Below, piece after piece: positions 37,581 through 46,888 of a stretch of DNA of 64,000 nucleotides. The notes beneath the pieces are model-generated. The model was not told where the DNA came from. It did not search any database and saw nothing but the letters and a program-made list of their open reading frames with translations. How positions within the stretch are numbered: the stretch's first letter is position 1; the number at the start of each line of letters is the position of its first letter. Where the stretch lies: contig CAVZVJ010000010.1 in NCBI GenBank assembly GCA_963778755.1, positions 34,207 to 98,206 on the forward strand, read 5' to 3'. This stretch comes from an uncultured Acidobacteriota bacterium (lineage in GTDB: Bacteria > Actinomycetota > Acidimicrobiia > Spongiisociales > ZC4RG35). Made by a program: the position numbers and the translations under genes.

Positions 37581-39021
37581 TCAGGAACGCTCGAGTTGGA
37601 ACTTGTCCGTCACCTCGGGGATGTCTGTGGGGTACTCCCCGGAGAGACAGGCGGTGCAGAATCCGGCGTCGGCAACACCAGTGGCGCCGAGCAGGCCCTC
37701 CAGCGACAGGTAGCCCAGCGAGTCGGCGCCGAGATGCCCGCGGATCGCCTCGACATCCATGTGGGAGGCGATCAAGGTCGATCGGTCCGAGGTGTCCATT
37801 CCGTAGAAGCAGGGCCAGCGGTAGGGGGGCGAAGAGACCCGCAGATGGACTTCGACGGCGCCGGCCTCCCGGACAAGCTGGACCAGCTTGCGGGTCGTCG
37901 ACCCTCTCACGATTGAGTCGTCCACCAGGATCACCCGCTTCCCGTTGAGGTTTTCAACGATCGGGTTGAGCTTGAGCCGGATCCCTCGGTCCCGGATGCT
38001 CTGCGTCGGCTCGATGAAGGTGCGGCCGATGTAGCGGTTCTTGACCAAACCGTCGGTGTAGGGGATGCCGCTGGCTGCTGCGAAACCCTGGGCTGCCGGG
38101 ATCCCCGACTCGGGAACCGGGACCACGATGTCGGCGTCAGCGGGGTGCTCGGCGGCCAGGACCTGACCCATCTGATGACGGGCCCCGTGGATGCTCCGTC
38201 CGTACATCTGGCTGTCGGGGCGTGCGAAGTAGACGAACTCGAAGAGGCAAAGGCCGGGTGTGACCTGCTCGAAGGGTGAGTAGCTGTGAACACCGCCGGC
38301 GTCGATCACCACCATTTCGCCGGCTGCTACCTCGCGCGACGAACCGCGAGCCGATGAGATCCAGGGCCGCGGTCTCGGAGGCGAGGACCCAGCCGCCGTT
38401 CGGAAGGGAGCCGAGACAGAGCGGGCGGAACCCGTTGGGATCACGCAGCCCGACCACCCTTCCCTGATCCATGATCACGAGCGAAAAGGCGCCCTTCCAG
38501 CTGGGGGCGACCTTCATGATTGCCAATTCCAGCCCACGGGCGTCGGACCGCTCATCGTCGAGCGCGCGGGCGATGCCTTCGGCCATCAAGTCGGAGTCGG
38601 TGGTGGCACCGGAGATACCCAACGTCTCGGCGAGTTGACGGGTGTTGGTCAGATTGCCGTTGTGACCCAACGCCAAACTGGTGTTGCCCACCTGGCGATG
38701 GGCTGGTTGGGCGTTGGCCCAGTTGTTCGAGCCCATGGTCGAATATCGGGTGTGCCCGATCCCGACGTGGCCGTCGAGACCGGCAAGGGTCGACTCGTCG
38801 AAGACCTGTGCCACCAACCCGAGGTCCTTGAAGACGGTGACGGTCTCCCCGTCGGAAGTGGCGATCCCGGCCGACTCCTGGCCCCTGTGCTGCAGTGCAA
38901 AGAGGCCGTAGTAGATGAGATTGGCGGCACGCTCGTTCGGGGTGTACGCAGCGATGACTCCGCAGGCCTCACCGGGCCGTTCGAGTGGGGCGTTGTCAGC
39001 CTCGTTGGGCACGTCGGTCAT
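37581..39021 (-). pseudogene. purF: Amidophosphoribosyltransferase; reading frame interrupted near 38346
   Basis: The N-terminal Ntn glutaminase half (...GEACGVIAAY..., GHNGNLTN, ASETAALDLIG) is in ORF 38137-39051. The PRT half (VAAGEMVVID..., VILVDDSIVRGSTT, the C-terminal Cys cluster CFYGMD...CTACLSGEYP) is in ORF 37581-38444. One extra base at about 38346 (ttc gtc G cgc gag gta) joins them as ...RFVREVAAGEM... The ATG at 39021 is the first ATG upstream of the catalytic Cys. Confidence 0.9.
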
Positions 39022-39071
39022 GGTAGGCGGCCGGCGAGCCGACCTATTCACCGCTTACCTGAGGTATGCAG

Positions 39072-39085
39072 CGCCATATATGGCG
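39072..39085. promoter_or_regulatory. Perfect 14-bp palindrome CGCCATATATGGCG upstream of purF (candidate operator or -10 region)
   Basis: I read it directly at 39072-39085, 51-64 nt upstream of the purF ATG. It has an AT-rich core within GC-rich DNA. No regulator is assigned. Confidence 0.25.
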
Positions 39086-39117
39086 TCAAACGAGCAGAGA
39101 AACGGGTCAGACGTCGA

Positions 39118-39408
39118 TCAGCCTGCGCCCTGGAAACTGTTGCGGACGGGCTTCGCCGAACCGGCGTAGCTCATGATGTCGCAGAAGACTCCGACGATGG
39201 CGCCGAGGATCCCCCAGGGAACCGCGGTGTCACCTCCAAGGACGAACCCGACTGTGTACAGCACGGTGGTCCAGGGAAGGAAGGCGATCCCCAAGACGGG
39301 TATCAGCCAACCGTTGTAAACCCGGTCCACCCAGTCGGTGAGGAGCCAGAGGGCAACCATGGTCAGACGAGGGCTTACGACAAGGAATACGACGAGCAGG
39401 CAAGGCAT
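39118..39408 (-). CDS. Small hypothetical membrane protein (96 aa)
   Basis: It has three hydrophobic segments (LLVVFLVVSP..., IPVLGIAFLPWTTVLYTVGFVLGG, WGILGAIVGVFCDI). It lies on the same strand directly upstream of purF. I recognise no family. Confidence 0.5.
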   Translation of the reverse strand: MPCLLVVFLVVSPRLTMVALWLLTDWVDRVYNGWLIPVLGIAFLPWTTVLYTVGFVLGGDTAVPWGILGAIVGVFCDIMSYAGSAKPVRNSFQGAG

Positions 39409-39540
39409 CTGGTTCTCAACTTTCCTGTGGCGAATCTAGTCAAAGGCGGTCCACCGACAAGGGCGATCGATGTTTGAAAGTCGACAAAACGTGGAATGAC
39501 ACCATCGGGCCGCTCGCTCCGAGCGGTTCGGAGGCAACAA

Positions 39541-39684
39541 ATGAACAATCGGTTGACCAAAGGTCTGCTGGCTTCGGCACTGGCATTGAGCTTGCTGCTC
39601 GTCGCCTGCGACTCCAACAACCCGGACGACGGCGGGTCCACGACCACGACGCCGGCCGGAACTGAAACCACTCTGGCGGGATAA
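39541..39684 (+). CDS. Mini-lipoprotein precursor (47 aa)
   Basis: The ATG at 39541 follows GGAGG with a 7-nt spacer. The peptide is MNNRLTKGLLASALALSLLLVAC|DSNNPDDGGSTTTTPAGTETTLAG, with the lipobox LVAC. The strong hairpin at 39722-39752 follows it. Confidence 0.45.
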   Translation: MNNRLTKGLLASALALSLLLVACDSNNPDDGGSTTTTPAGTETTLAG

Positions 39685-39721
39685 CAACAAACGAGCCCCT
39701 GAATCCCAGCTGCCGCCAGAG

Positions 39722-39752
39722 GAAGACGGGGCCCATCTCGGGCCCCGTCTTC
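39722..39752. terminator. 13-bp perfect hairpin between convergent genes
   Basis: The arms gaagacggggccc (39722-39734) and gggccccgtcttc (39740-39752) pair with the loop atctc. No clear T-run is present on either side. Confidence 0.5.
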
Positions 39753-39761
39753 GCGTCTCGG

Positions 39762-40328
39762 TCAGAGAAACCGGCGAATCCCCTCGTCCAGGGCTGCGGG
39801 AGTGTCGACCGAGAACCAACTCCTCCCATCTTCGCCCCACAGGCTCCAGATGTCCGGGGTCACTGCCTGAAATGAGACCCGATCGAGCAGGCTTTGCATC
39901 GAGCCCTCACCACCTGCTTCTTCCATTGCCATCTCGGCAATCGCCTTGGGATAGACCGCGCAGGTCACCTGACGGACACCCACGGCATCGACCGGGACGA
40001 CAGGGATCTTGGATTCGAGCTCGACGAGCCGGGCGAGAGTCTCGGTGCGAGCAAACGGTTGGTCGACGGCGACGACGAGGACCCGGTCATCTTCCATTCG
40101 CTCCAAAGCGCCTGCGATTCCGGCGAGTGGGCCCCGGGCCGGGACCATGTCCGGCCAGCACTCGATCCCCTCTCGTTCGGCGCCGAGCAGGACGATATGG
40201 GGAACGGACTCACCCAGAGCGGTCACGACCCGCTCCAACATGGTTTGGCCGTTGACCTCGACGTCGGCCTTGTCCACTCCCATGCGGGAGCTCCGGCCGC
40301 CGGCGAGAATCGCGCCGAGTGTGCTCAT
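39762..40328 (-). CDS. mobA: Molybdenum cofactor nucleotidyltransferase (MobA/MocA-like, NTP_transf_3)
   Basis: It begins MSTLGAILAGGRSSRMGVDKA, the N-terminal nucleotide-binding signature. It is 188 aa and lies 4 kb from the molybdoenzyme genes. I cannot tell from the sequence whether it makes MGD or MCD. Confidence 0.8.
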   Translation of the reverse strand: MSTLGAILAGGRSSRMGVDKADVEVNGQTMLERVVTALGESVPHIVLLGAEREGIECWPDMVPARGPLAGIAGALERMEDDRVLVVAVDQPFARTETLARLVELESKIPVVPVDAVGVRQVTCAVYPKAIAEMAMEEAGGEGSMQSLLDRVSFQAVTPDIWSLWGEDGRSWFSVDTPAALDEGIRRFL

Positions 40329-40364
40329 CGGACGCAGGCTAGGTTGAGACGGGGAAGGAGGCCC

Positions 40365-40727
40365 ATGTCACCGGCTGCTCGAAGTGTGTTCGCCTGGAGC
40401 TTCTACCTGCTCGTTCTTGGAACCTGGCTCTTGGTGGCACCGAACACCCTGCTCACAATTCTCGGGATGGCTATCACCGAGGAGATATGGATTCGGATCG
40501 TTGGTGTGCTCGTGGTGATCCTCGCCCTGTACTTCTATGACGCCTCGATCAACGAGACCCGCCACTTCTTCATTGCCACGGTCCTCGCTCGACTCTTCAG
40601 CGCAGCTGCCTTCTTTGCCTTCGCGCTGACTGGTGAGCCATGGCAACTCGTCATATTCGGGATGGCCGACGCGGTCGGAGCGGCCTGGACCTATGTCGCG
40701 CTCCGCGCCCGACAGTCCATTGTCTGA
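40365..40727 (+). CDS. Small hypothetical membrane protein (120 aa)
   Basis: The ATG at 40365 lies 4-5 nt after GGAAGGAGG. It has four hydrophobic helices. The upstream 157 codons of the ORF-track entry are antisense to mobA. Confidence 0.6.
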   Translation: MSPAARSVFAWSFYLLVLGTWLLVAPNTLLTILGMAITEEIWIRIVGVLVVILALYFYDASINETRHFFIATVLARLFSAAAFFAFALTGEPWQLVIFGMADAVGAAWTYVALRARQSIV

Positions 40728-40728
40728 G

Positions 40729-41850
40729 TCAGTCGCCGAGAGAGATACCCAGACTCCGGGCTGAATTGAGCCAGGGGTGGTCGAGGGGCACGAATTTGGT
40801 CATCCCCGCCGTTTCCTCGAGCGGCACGGCGACCGTTTCCTCTCCCCGAGCGGCGACCATGACCCCACGCAGACCTGCGTCGATGAAGTCGGCGCAGGCG
40901 GTGCCCAGCCTTGTTGCGAGCAGGCGGTCGGCCGCGGAGGGGGTGCCACCGCGTTGCACATGCCCGAGGATGGTGACCCGCGACTCCAGACCAGTCAGGT
41001 TCTCGAGATTCGCCGCGAGTTGCTCGGTCCGTTTCGACCGACTCTCCTGCAGATCATTGAGAGACTTCTTCAGCCGGCGCCGATCGGTCCCGATCGCGGC
41101 TTCGAGCTCCTCCATGATCGCTGCCTGGGTCGTTGCCTGCTCCAGCGAGTAGGCGCCCTCGGCGACAGCCACGATCGAGAAAGCGCTGCCCGCCTCCTTC
41201 CGGAGTTGGATCGAGGATGCAATCGCCTCGACATCATGGGGGATTTCCGGGATCAGGATGACATCCGCCCCCCCTGCCAGTCCCGAGCCGAGCGCCAGCC
41301 AACCCACGTCGTGACCCATGATCTCGACCACGATGATCCGGTGGTGGGAGTGGGCGGTGGAGTGGAGCCGGTCGATGGCGTCGGTTGCGATCCCCATCGC
41401 GGTGTCGAACCCGAAGGTGACGTCGGTCCCGGTGACGTCGTTGTCGATGGTCTTCGGCACCCCCAACACCCGGATCCCGACTTCCTCGAGCTTCATCGCA
41501 TTGCGCATTGTCCCGTCGCCGCCGAGACAAACCAGCGCGTCGAGATGGTGATGTTCGACGATCTCGCTCATCACCGAGCGCCCGTCCATGGTGGTGCCGT
41601 CGGCCAGCTCCATCATGTCGACCTTGGCTCGGCTGGTGCCGAGCACCGTGCCACCCCGGGTCAGTATCCCGGAGAGGGCGTCGGAGTCGAGACGCACGTA
41701 GCGGTTCAGCATCAGGCCCTGGAACCCGTCTTTGAACCCGATGACCTCCATCCCATAGGCCCGCTGGGCCGCCTTGCCGATGGCACGGATCGCAGCGTTG
41801 AGCCCGGGGCTGTCACCACCTGCGGTCAGGATGCCGATTGTTCGCGTCAC
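40729..41850 (-). CDS. pfkA: 6-phosphofructokinase (PfkA family; ATP or PPi specificity not resolved)
   Basis: It has [31 protein letters not shown] and GHVQRGG motifs. It uses a GTG start. An inserted charged segment of about 40 aa precedes GHVQRGG. Confidence 0.9.
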   Translation of the reverse strand: MTRTIGILTAGGDSPGLNAAIRAIGKAAQRAYGMEVIGFKDGFQGLMLNRYVRLDSDALSGILTRGGTVLGTSRAKVDMMELADGTTMDGRSVMSEIVEHHHLDALVCLGGDGTMRNAMKLEEVGIRVLGVPKTIDNDVTGTDVTFGFDTAMGIATDAIDRLHSTAHSHHRIIVVEIMGHDVGWLALGSGLAGGADVILIPEIPHDVEAIASSIQLRKEAGSAFSIVAVAEGAYSLEQATTQAAIMEELEAAIGTDRRRLKKSLNDLQESRSKRTEQLAANLENLTGLESRVTILGHVQRGGTPSAADRLLATRLGTACADFIDAGLRGVMVAARGEETVAVPLEETAGMTKFVPLDHPWLNSARSLGISLGD

Positions 41851-42008
41851 CTGCCGATGGTATCGGGTCCCCCACCCCCGTAATTGCGTTCAGAAGGTCC
41901 GGATATGACCCCTCACGCCCGCAATTACGCGGGAGGTGAGCGGGCTTAGGCCGATTCTTTTGGGAGCAGAACGAGGAGGGCCGCTGGGTCGGGCGGCAGG
42001 AATAGAGG

Positions 42009-44165
42009 TCAGCCTCGCATGCGGCGGGGAATCGCCTCCCGGTAGGTGTTGGTGAGTAGGTCCAACTCGACTTCCTGACCCGCCAACTTGAAGGAGTCGC
42101 CACCGACTTTGCCAATCCGTCTCGCCAGGCCGTCGGGGAGGGCGACGGTTCCCGGTTCCATCATGACGATGAAACGGTGGGGATCCTCGGAGAAGAGACC
42201 GGCGTCGTTCTCCACCGCGAGGTCGGCGCCCACGCCGGAGGCAATGCAGACCTCGGCCACCGCCACCACCAGGCCACCTGTGGAGAGGTCATGGAGGACC
42301 GGCACCTGATGGGCCAAAGTTGCCGCCAAGTCGGTCACCTGGACGGCGACCTCTGGCATCGGAGCGGTGGGTCGACCACGGAGGGCACTTTCAACAACTC
42401 GCTGGAAGGCCGACCCGGCCAGATTGTCGGTGGTCTCGGGCCCGACCTCCCAGATCTCCATGCCGTCCCTTGCCCGATTGAGCCCCGGAAGCCGGGCAGG
42501 GATCGGGTCGGCGAGACCGAGTAGACCCACCACCGGAGTCGGGTGGATGTCGGCGCCTTCGGTCTCGTTGTAAAACGAGACGTTGCCCCCGACCACCGGG
42601 ATGCCCAAGGCCTCACAAGCCTCGGATATGCCCTCGACGCTCTCCCGGAATTGCCACATGATCTCTGGCTTCTCGGGGTTTCCAAAGTTCAAGTTGTCCA
42701 CTACCGCCAATGGGCGGGCCCCGGTCATCGCCACATTGAGCGCGGCCTCGTAAACCAAGCGGGCGGCCCCACGTCGTGGATCGAGAAAGCAAAGACGGCC
42801 ATTGCCATCGCTGGAAACCGCCAACCCCTTGGTTGTCCCCCGTATCCGCAGCAGCGAGCCGTCACCGCCCGGGCCCACCAGGGTGTTGAGGAACAGCATG
42901 TGGTCGTACTGCTCGTGGACCCAGGCCGAAGATCCGATCGATGGGTCATCCAGGAGCCGGAGCAGGGCCTCGACGGGGTCGATCTGCGTAGGGCCCGGGA
43001 TCTCCCAGAGACTGTCGAGCCATTCGGGACGACCGACCGGGCGGTCATATAGGGGGGCGTCATCGGCCAGTGAGGCCGCCGGGAGCTCGGCGACGATCTC
43101 GCCGCGATGACGGACGGTGAGCGTGCCGCCGGACTTGACCTTGCCGACCACCGCTGAGTCGATCTCCCATTTGTCAGCAATCGCTAGGACCGCTTCCACA
43201 TTGGCCGGGGCGACGAAAGCCATCATCCGCTCCTGGGACTCGGACATGAGAAGCTCCGGCGCGGTCATTCCCTTCTCCCTGACATGGACCGCATCGAGAT
43301 CGACATCCATGCCGACTCCGGCCCTGCCTGAGGGCTCGGAGATGGCGCAGGCGAGCCCGGCCGCTCCGAGGTCCTGGATCCCAGCCACCAGCCCTGTTTC
43401 GAAAATCTCCAGACACGCCTCGATCAGCTTCTTCTCTTCGAAGGGATCGCCGACCTGGACGCTGGGACGCTTCTCCTGGGAGGCGTCGTCGAACGAAGCC
43501 GAGGCGAGCACCGAGGCCCCGCCGATCCCATCTCTGCCAGTCGCCTTGCCGAGAAGGACCGCCACGTTGCCCGGCTCCCCGGCGGTGCCAAGGACCAGCT
43601 GCTCCTCCCGGAGAATCCCCAGGCACATCACGTTGACAAGCGGGTTGCCGGAGTAGGTGGGGTCGAACTCGATCTCGCCGCCAACCGTGGGCACCCCCAC
43701 CGCGTTGCCATATCCTGCGATGCCTGCCACTACGCCTCCGAACAGATACCGATTCTTGGGATCGTCCAGCGGGCCGAACCTGATCTGATCCCAGAGGGCG
43801 ATGGGCCGGGCGCCCATTGTGAAGACATCGCGCAGGATCCCACCGACTCCCGTAGCGGCCCCTTGGTAAGGCTCTACGAAAGAGGGGTGGTTGTGACTCT
43901 CGATGCGGAGGGCGGCAAGCCAGCCATCCCCGAGGTCGACCACTCCCGCATTCTCTCCGGGGCCGACAACCACCCACGGGGCCTGGGTCGGAAAGCGGCG
44001 CAGGTGAGCTCTCGACGACTTGTAGGAGCAATGTTCGGACCACATGACGGAGTACATCGCCAATTCGGCGGGGAGAGGGTCCCGGCCCAGGATCCGGAGC
44101 ACGGATTGGTATTCGTCGTCGGTCATGCCGAGCCGCCGGTGCACCGGCTGGCCGGTGATGGTCAC
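42009..44165 (-). CDS. purL: Phosphoribosylformylglycinamidine synthase subunit PurL
   Basis: It has [18 protein letters not shown] and duplicated AIRS/AIRS_C modules. It is 718 aa and the frame is intact. Confidence 0.95.
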   Translation of the reverse strand: MTITGQPVHRRLGMTDDEYQSVLRILGRDPLPAELAMYSVMWSEHCSYKSSRAHLRRFPTQAPWVVVGPGENAGVVDLGDGWLAALRIESHNHPSFVEPYQGAATGVGGILRDVFTMGARPIALWDQIRFGPLDDPKNRYLFGGVVAGIAGYGNAVGVPTVGGEIEFDPTYSGNPLVNVMCLGILREEQLVLGTAGEPGNVAVLLGKATGRDGIGGASVLASASFDDASQEKRPSVQVGDPFEEKKLIEACLEIFETGLVAGIQDLGAAGLACAISEPSGRAGVGMDVDLDAVHVREKGMTAPELLMSESQERMMAFVAPANVEAVLAIADKWEIDSAVVGKVKSGGTLTVRHRGEIVAELPAASLADDAPLYDRPVGRPEWLDSLWEIPGPTQIDPVEALLRLLDDPSIGSSAWVHEQYDHMLFLNTLVGPGGDGSLLRIRGTTKGLAVSSDGNGRLCFLDPRRGAARLVYEAALNVAMTGARPLAVVDNLNFGNPEKPEIMWQFRESVEGISEACEALGIPVVGGNVSFYNETEGADIHPTPVVGLLGLADPIPARLPGLNRARDGMEIWEVGPETTDNLAGSAFQRVVESALRGRPTAPMPEVAVQVTDLAATLAHQVPVLHDLSTGGLVVAVAEVCIASGVGADLAVENDAGLFSEDPHRFIVMMEPGTVALPDGLARRIGKVGGDSFKLAGQEVELDLLTNTYREAIPRRMRG

Positions 44166-44806
44166 GCCGGCACCAACGAATTGAGGAAACTCTCCAGGAG
44201 GACCAGACCGTCTGCCGACCCCAGCAAGACGTCCGATGCACGCTCGGGGTGGGGCATGATGCCGACGACGTTTCCCTCACCGTTGGAAACGGCCGCCGCC
44301 GAGCCCTGCGACCCGTTCGGATTGTCGACATAGCGGAGCACCACCCGCGCGCCCGGCTCCGGGTCCACCCAGTTGCCCTCGTAGGAGTTGAGCGGGATCC
44401 GGATCCGCTGCCCGATCTCGGCGTTGCGGGTCAGGATCGTGGAGACGTCGGTGACTTCGACCTCGATGAAACGGCAGATGAACGCCAGGTCTCGGTTGGC
44501 AATCAGGGCACCGGGAAGCATCCCGGCCTCACAGAGGACCTGGAATCCGTTGCAGATGCCGAGGACCGGTGAGCCCTCATCAGCCATTCGCCCTACTTCG
44601 GCCATCACCGGTGAGAACCTGGCGATGGCGCCTGTGCGCAGGTAATCGCCGTGGGCAAACCCGCCAGGGAGGATCACCCCATCGAAATCGCTGAGGTCGG
44701 TCTCGCGATGCCAGACCAGATCGGCCTCCGCGCCCATGGAGCGGAGGGCGTGGACCACGTCGCGCTCACAGTTGGTGCCCGGGAACACAACAACTGCTGT
44801 CCTCAT
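44162..44806 (-). CDS. purQ: Phosphoribosylformylglycinamidine synthase glutaminase subunit PurQ
   Basis: It begins [16 protein letters not shown], has the nucleophile context GICNGFQ, and has MPHPER at the C-terminus. The start is the ATG at 44806 (confirmed). Its stop overlaps purL. Confidence 0.95.
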   Translation of the reverse strand: MRTAVVVFPGTNCERDVVHALRSMGAEADLVWHRETDLSDFDGVILPGGFAHGDYLRTGAIARFSPVMAEVGRMADEGSPVLGICNGFQVLCEAGMLPGALIANRDLAFICRFIEVEVTDVSTILTRNAEIGQRIRIPLNSYEGNWVDPEPGARVVLRYVDNPNGSQGSAAAVSNGEGNVVGIMPHPERASDVLLGSADGLVLLESFLNSLVPA

Positions 44807-45045
44807 TCGCCCACCTTGACCTTGAAGTCCTCGAGGACCGGGTTCGCCAGCAGCTGGCGGCACATCTCCTCGACTCGAGCCTTGACGTGGTCGGGGTCTT
44901 CGTCGTTGACATCGAGGTGGATGATGCGATCGACGCGGACCGCGTCGATGTTCTTGTGCCCGAGATCGGTGAGTGCCCGCATGATGTTGGTGCCCTCAGG
45001 GTCTGCGATCTCGGGTCGGCGGGTGATCTCGACGCTGACCCTCAT
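44803..45045 (-). CDS. purS: Phosphoribosylformylglycinamidine synthase subunit PurS
   Basis: This protein of about 80 aa has VEITRRPEIADPEGTNIMRAL... and ANPVLEDFKVKV. It is coupled to the purC stop and the purQ start by overlaps. Confidence 0.9.
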   Translation of the reverse strand: MRVSVEITRRPEIADPEGTNIMRALTDLGHKNIDAVRVDRIIHLDVNDEDPDHVKARVEEMCRQLLANPVLEDFKVKVGE

Positions 45046-45926
45046 CACGGGCTCCGGTCCAAGTAGGCGCCGAAGCTCTCGCCAGTGACTCGCTCGTAGG
45101 CCTCGACATATCGGGCACTGGTCTCCGCGACAACGTCCTCGGGGAGATCAGGGGCCGGGGGGGTCTTGTCCCAGGCGGTGGCGTCGAGCCAGTCACGCAG
45201 CGGCTGTTTGTCGAAGGAGGGCACGTCTTGACCCGGGTTCCACCGGTCCGCCGGCCAGTACCGCGATGAGTCCGGGGTCAGCACTTCGTCCACCAACAGC
45301 AGTTCGCCATCGGCAAATCCGAACTCGAATTTGGTGTCCGCCAGGATGACCCCTCGTTGCGCGGCGTATTCCGAGGCGCGCAGGTAGATGTCGACCGATC
45401 GTTTCCGCAGCTCCTCATAGAGCTCGTCGCCGAGCAGCGACCGGGTTTGGGATTCGGTGATGTTCTCGTCGTGACCCGACGTGGCCTTGGTGGCAGGCGT
45501 GAAGATTGGCTCGGGCAACAGGTCAGCCAGAAGCAACCCCGAGGGCAGATGCTCGGTAGTGGGCCCGCCCCCGTCGCGGTACTCCCGCCAGGAAGATCCG
45601 TAGAGATACCCCCTAACCACACACTCGACCTGTATCACCTCGGCCCGACGCACCACCATGGCCCTACCACTCAAGCTCTCACGATCGGTTGGAGTCAGAC
45701 CGTCGATGCCGGTCAGGTCGGTGGTGACCAGGTGGTTGGGGGTGTCGAGAAGATCGAAGAAATGGAGGCTGAGGCCGGTGAGGACCTTCCCCTTGTCGGG
45801 AATCGCCTGGTTGAGCACGACGTCGTAGGCAGAGATGCGGTCAGTGGTCTCTATGAGGAGATGGTTTTCGTCGACCTCATACATCTCCCTGACCTTGCCC
45901 GATGCAACATGAGGTAGAGCCACCAT
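45045..45926 (-). CDS. purC: Phosphoribosylaminoimidazole-succinocarboxamide synthase
   Basis: It has GKVREMYEV, TDRISAYDV and LADTKFEFG blocks. The start is at MVALPHVASGK (ATG 45926, confirmed). Confidence 0.95.
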   Translation of the reverse strand: MVALPHVASGKVREMYEVDENHLLIETTDRISAYDVVLNQAIPDKGKVLTGLSLHFFDLLDTPNHLVTTDLTGIDGLTPTDRESLSGRAMVVRRAEVIQVECVVRGYLYGSSWREYRDGGGPTTEHLPSGLLLADLLPEPIFTPATKATSGHDENITESQTRSLLGDELYEELRKRSVDIYLRASEYAAQRGVILADTKFEFGFADGELLLVDEVLTPDSSRYWPADRWNPGQDVPSFDKQPLRDWLDATAWDKTPPAPDLPEDVVAETSARYVEAYERVTGESFGAYLDRSP

Positions 45927-46057
45927 GTGACGGCAGGGTAGTGGAGGGACCACTGGGCCCAACCACCGTCGCCGGGACCGTGCTCCGTAGCGAAGGGGCC
46001 CTTGTGCTCTAGATCGCCGACACCATTCGGCCCTACTTTGGTGACAAAGGAGGTTTC

Positions 46058-46759
46058 ATGAAACTCCGGGATTTGATGACCCGGGATGTCATCACTATTG
46101 GCCCTGATGCATCTCTGAAGGAGGCGGCGCGCCGGATGATCGAAGCCAGCGTGAGTGGGCTGCCTGTGACCGGCGACGATGGGGCACTTCTCGGTGTGAT
46201 CACGGAGGCCGACTTCGTAGCCACCGAAGCGGATCGGCGACAAAAGCAACCGGCCGGTCTCCTCCGCTTTCTCTATAAGGATGCGGAAATGCCAAGTCAT
46301 GAGCGCTTCGTCGGAGACGTGATGACCACTGATCTGATCGTGCTCGGACCGGACGCCGATCATGCCGAAGCCGCCCGGCTTATGCATATGGAAAACGTCA
46401 AGCGGATCCCGATTGTCGACGAGAACCGCCGAATGGTGGGGCTGGTGAGCCGGTCGGACATTCTCAGGGTCTTCGCCCGCCCCGACACCGAGATCCTCGA
46501 CGAGATCGAAGGCGAATTGATCGGACGAGTCCTCTGGATCGACCCCCGGCGCGTGGAAATCAAGAGCACGAACGGGAACGTTGTGCTCCGGGGTCGGCTC
46601 GAAACCCGGAGCGATGCCGAGCTCTTGGCCGAGTTCACAACCCGGGTGGACGGTGTGGTTTCGGTTGAGAATGACCTGGAATTCGACATCGACAATCTGA
46701 AGCTCGACATGACCGGCATCCCTCCAGGTCTGATGCCACGTCGCAACTGGACTGCGTAA
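46058..46759 (+). CDS. CBS-pair plus BON domain protein
   Basis: AAAGGAGG lies upstream of the ATG. Two CBS motifs (MTRDVITIGPDASL..., MTTDLIVLGPDADH...) are followed by a BON-like VVLRGRLETRSDAELLAEFTTRVDGVVSVENDL. Confidence 0.85.
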   Translation: MKLRDLMTRDVITIGPDASLKEAARRMIEASVSGLPVTGDDGALLGVITEADFVATEADRRQKQPAGLLRFLYKDAEMPSHERFVGDVMTTDLIVLGPDADHAEAARLMHMENVKRIPIVDENRRMVGLVSRSDILRVFARPDTEILDEIEGELIGRVLWIDPRRVEIKSTNGNVVLRGRLETRSDAELLAEFTTRVDGVVSVENDLEFDIDNLKLDMTGIPPGLMPRRNWTA

Positions 46760-46888
46760 CCCCCCTAGCCGCGGCAAGGTGAGTGGGTCACCTGGTCGAG
46801 AGCCGACGCCAAGATCATCGCCCTGTTCACGGGCAAGGTGCACATCACCCTGTCGATGTGATGCTCCAGATCTAGGATCGATGGCGAA

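Noticed and set aside
39022-39117. A purine, ZTP or other riboswitch in the leaders of purF (and of purC at 45927-46057)
   Set aside because: The leaders are short, and I could not find the conserved cores of these riboswitch classes by eye. A covariance-model scan would be needed to exclude them formally.
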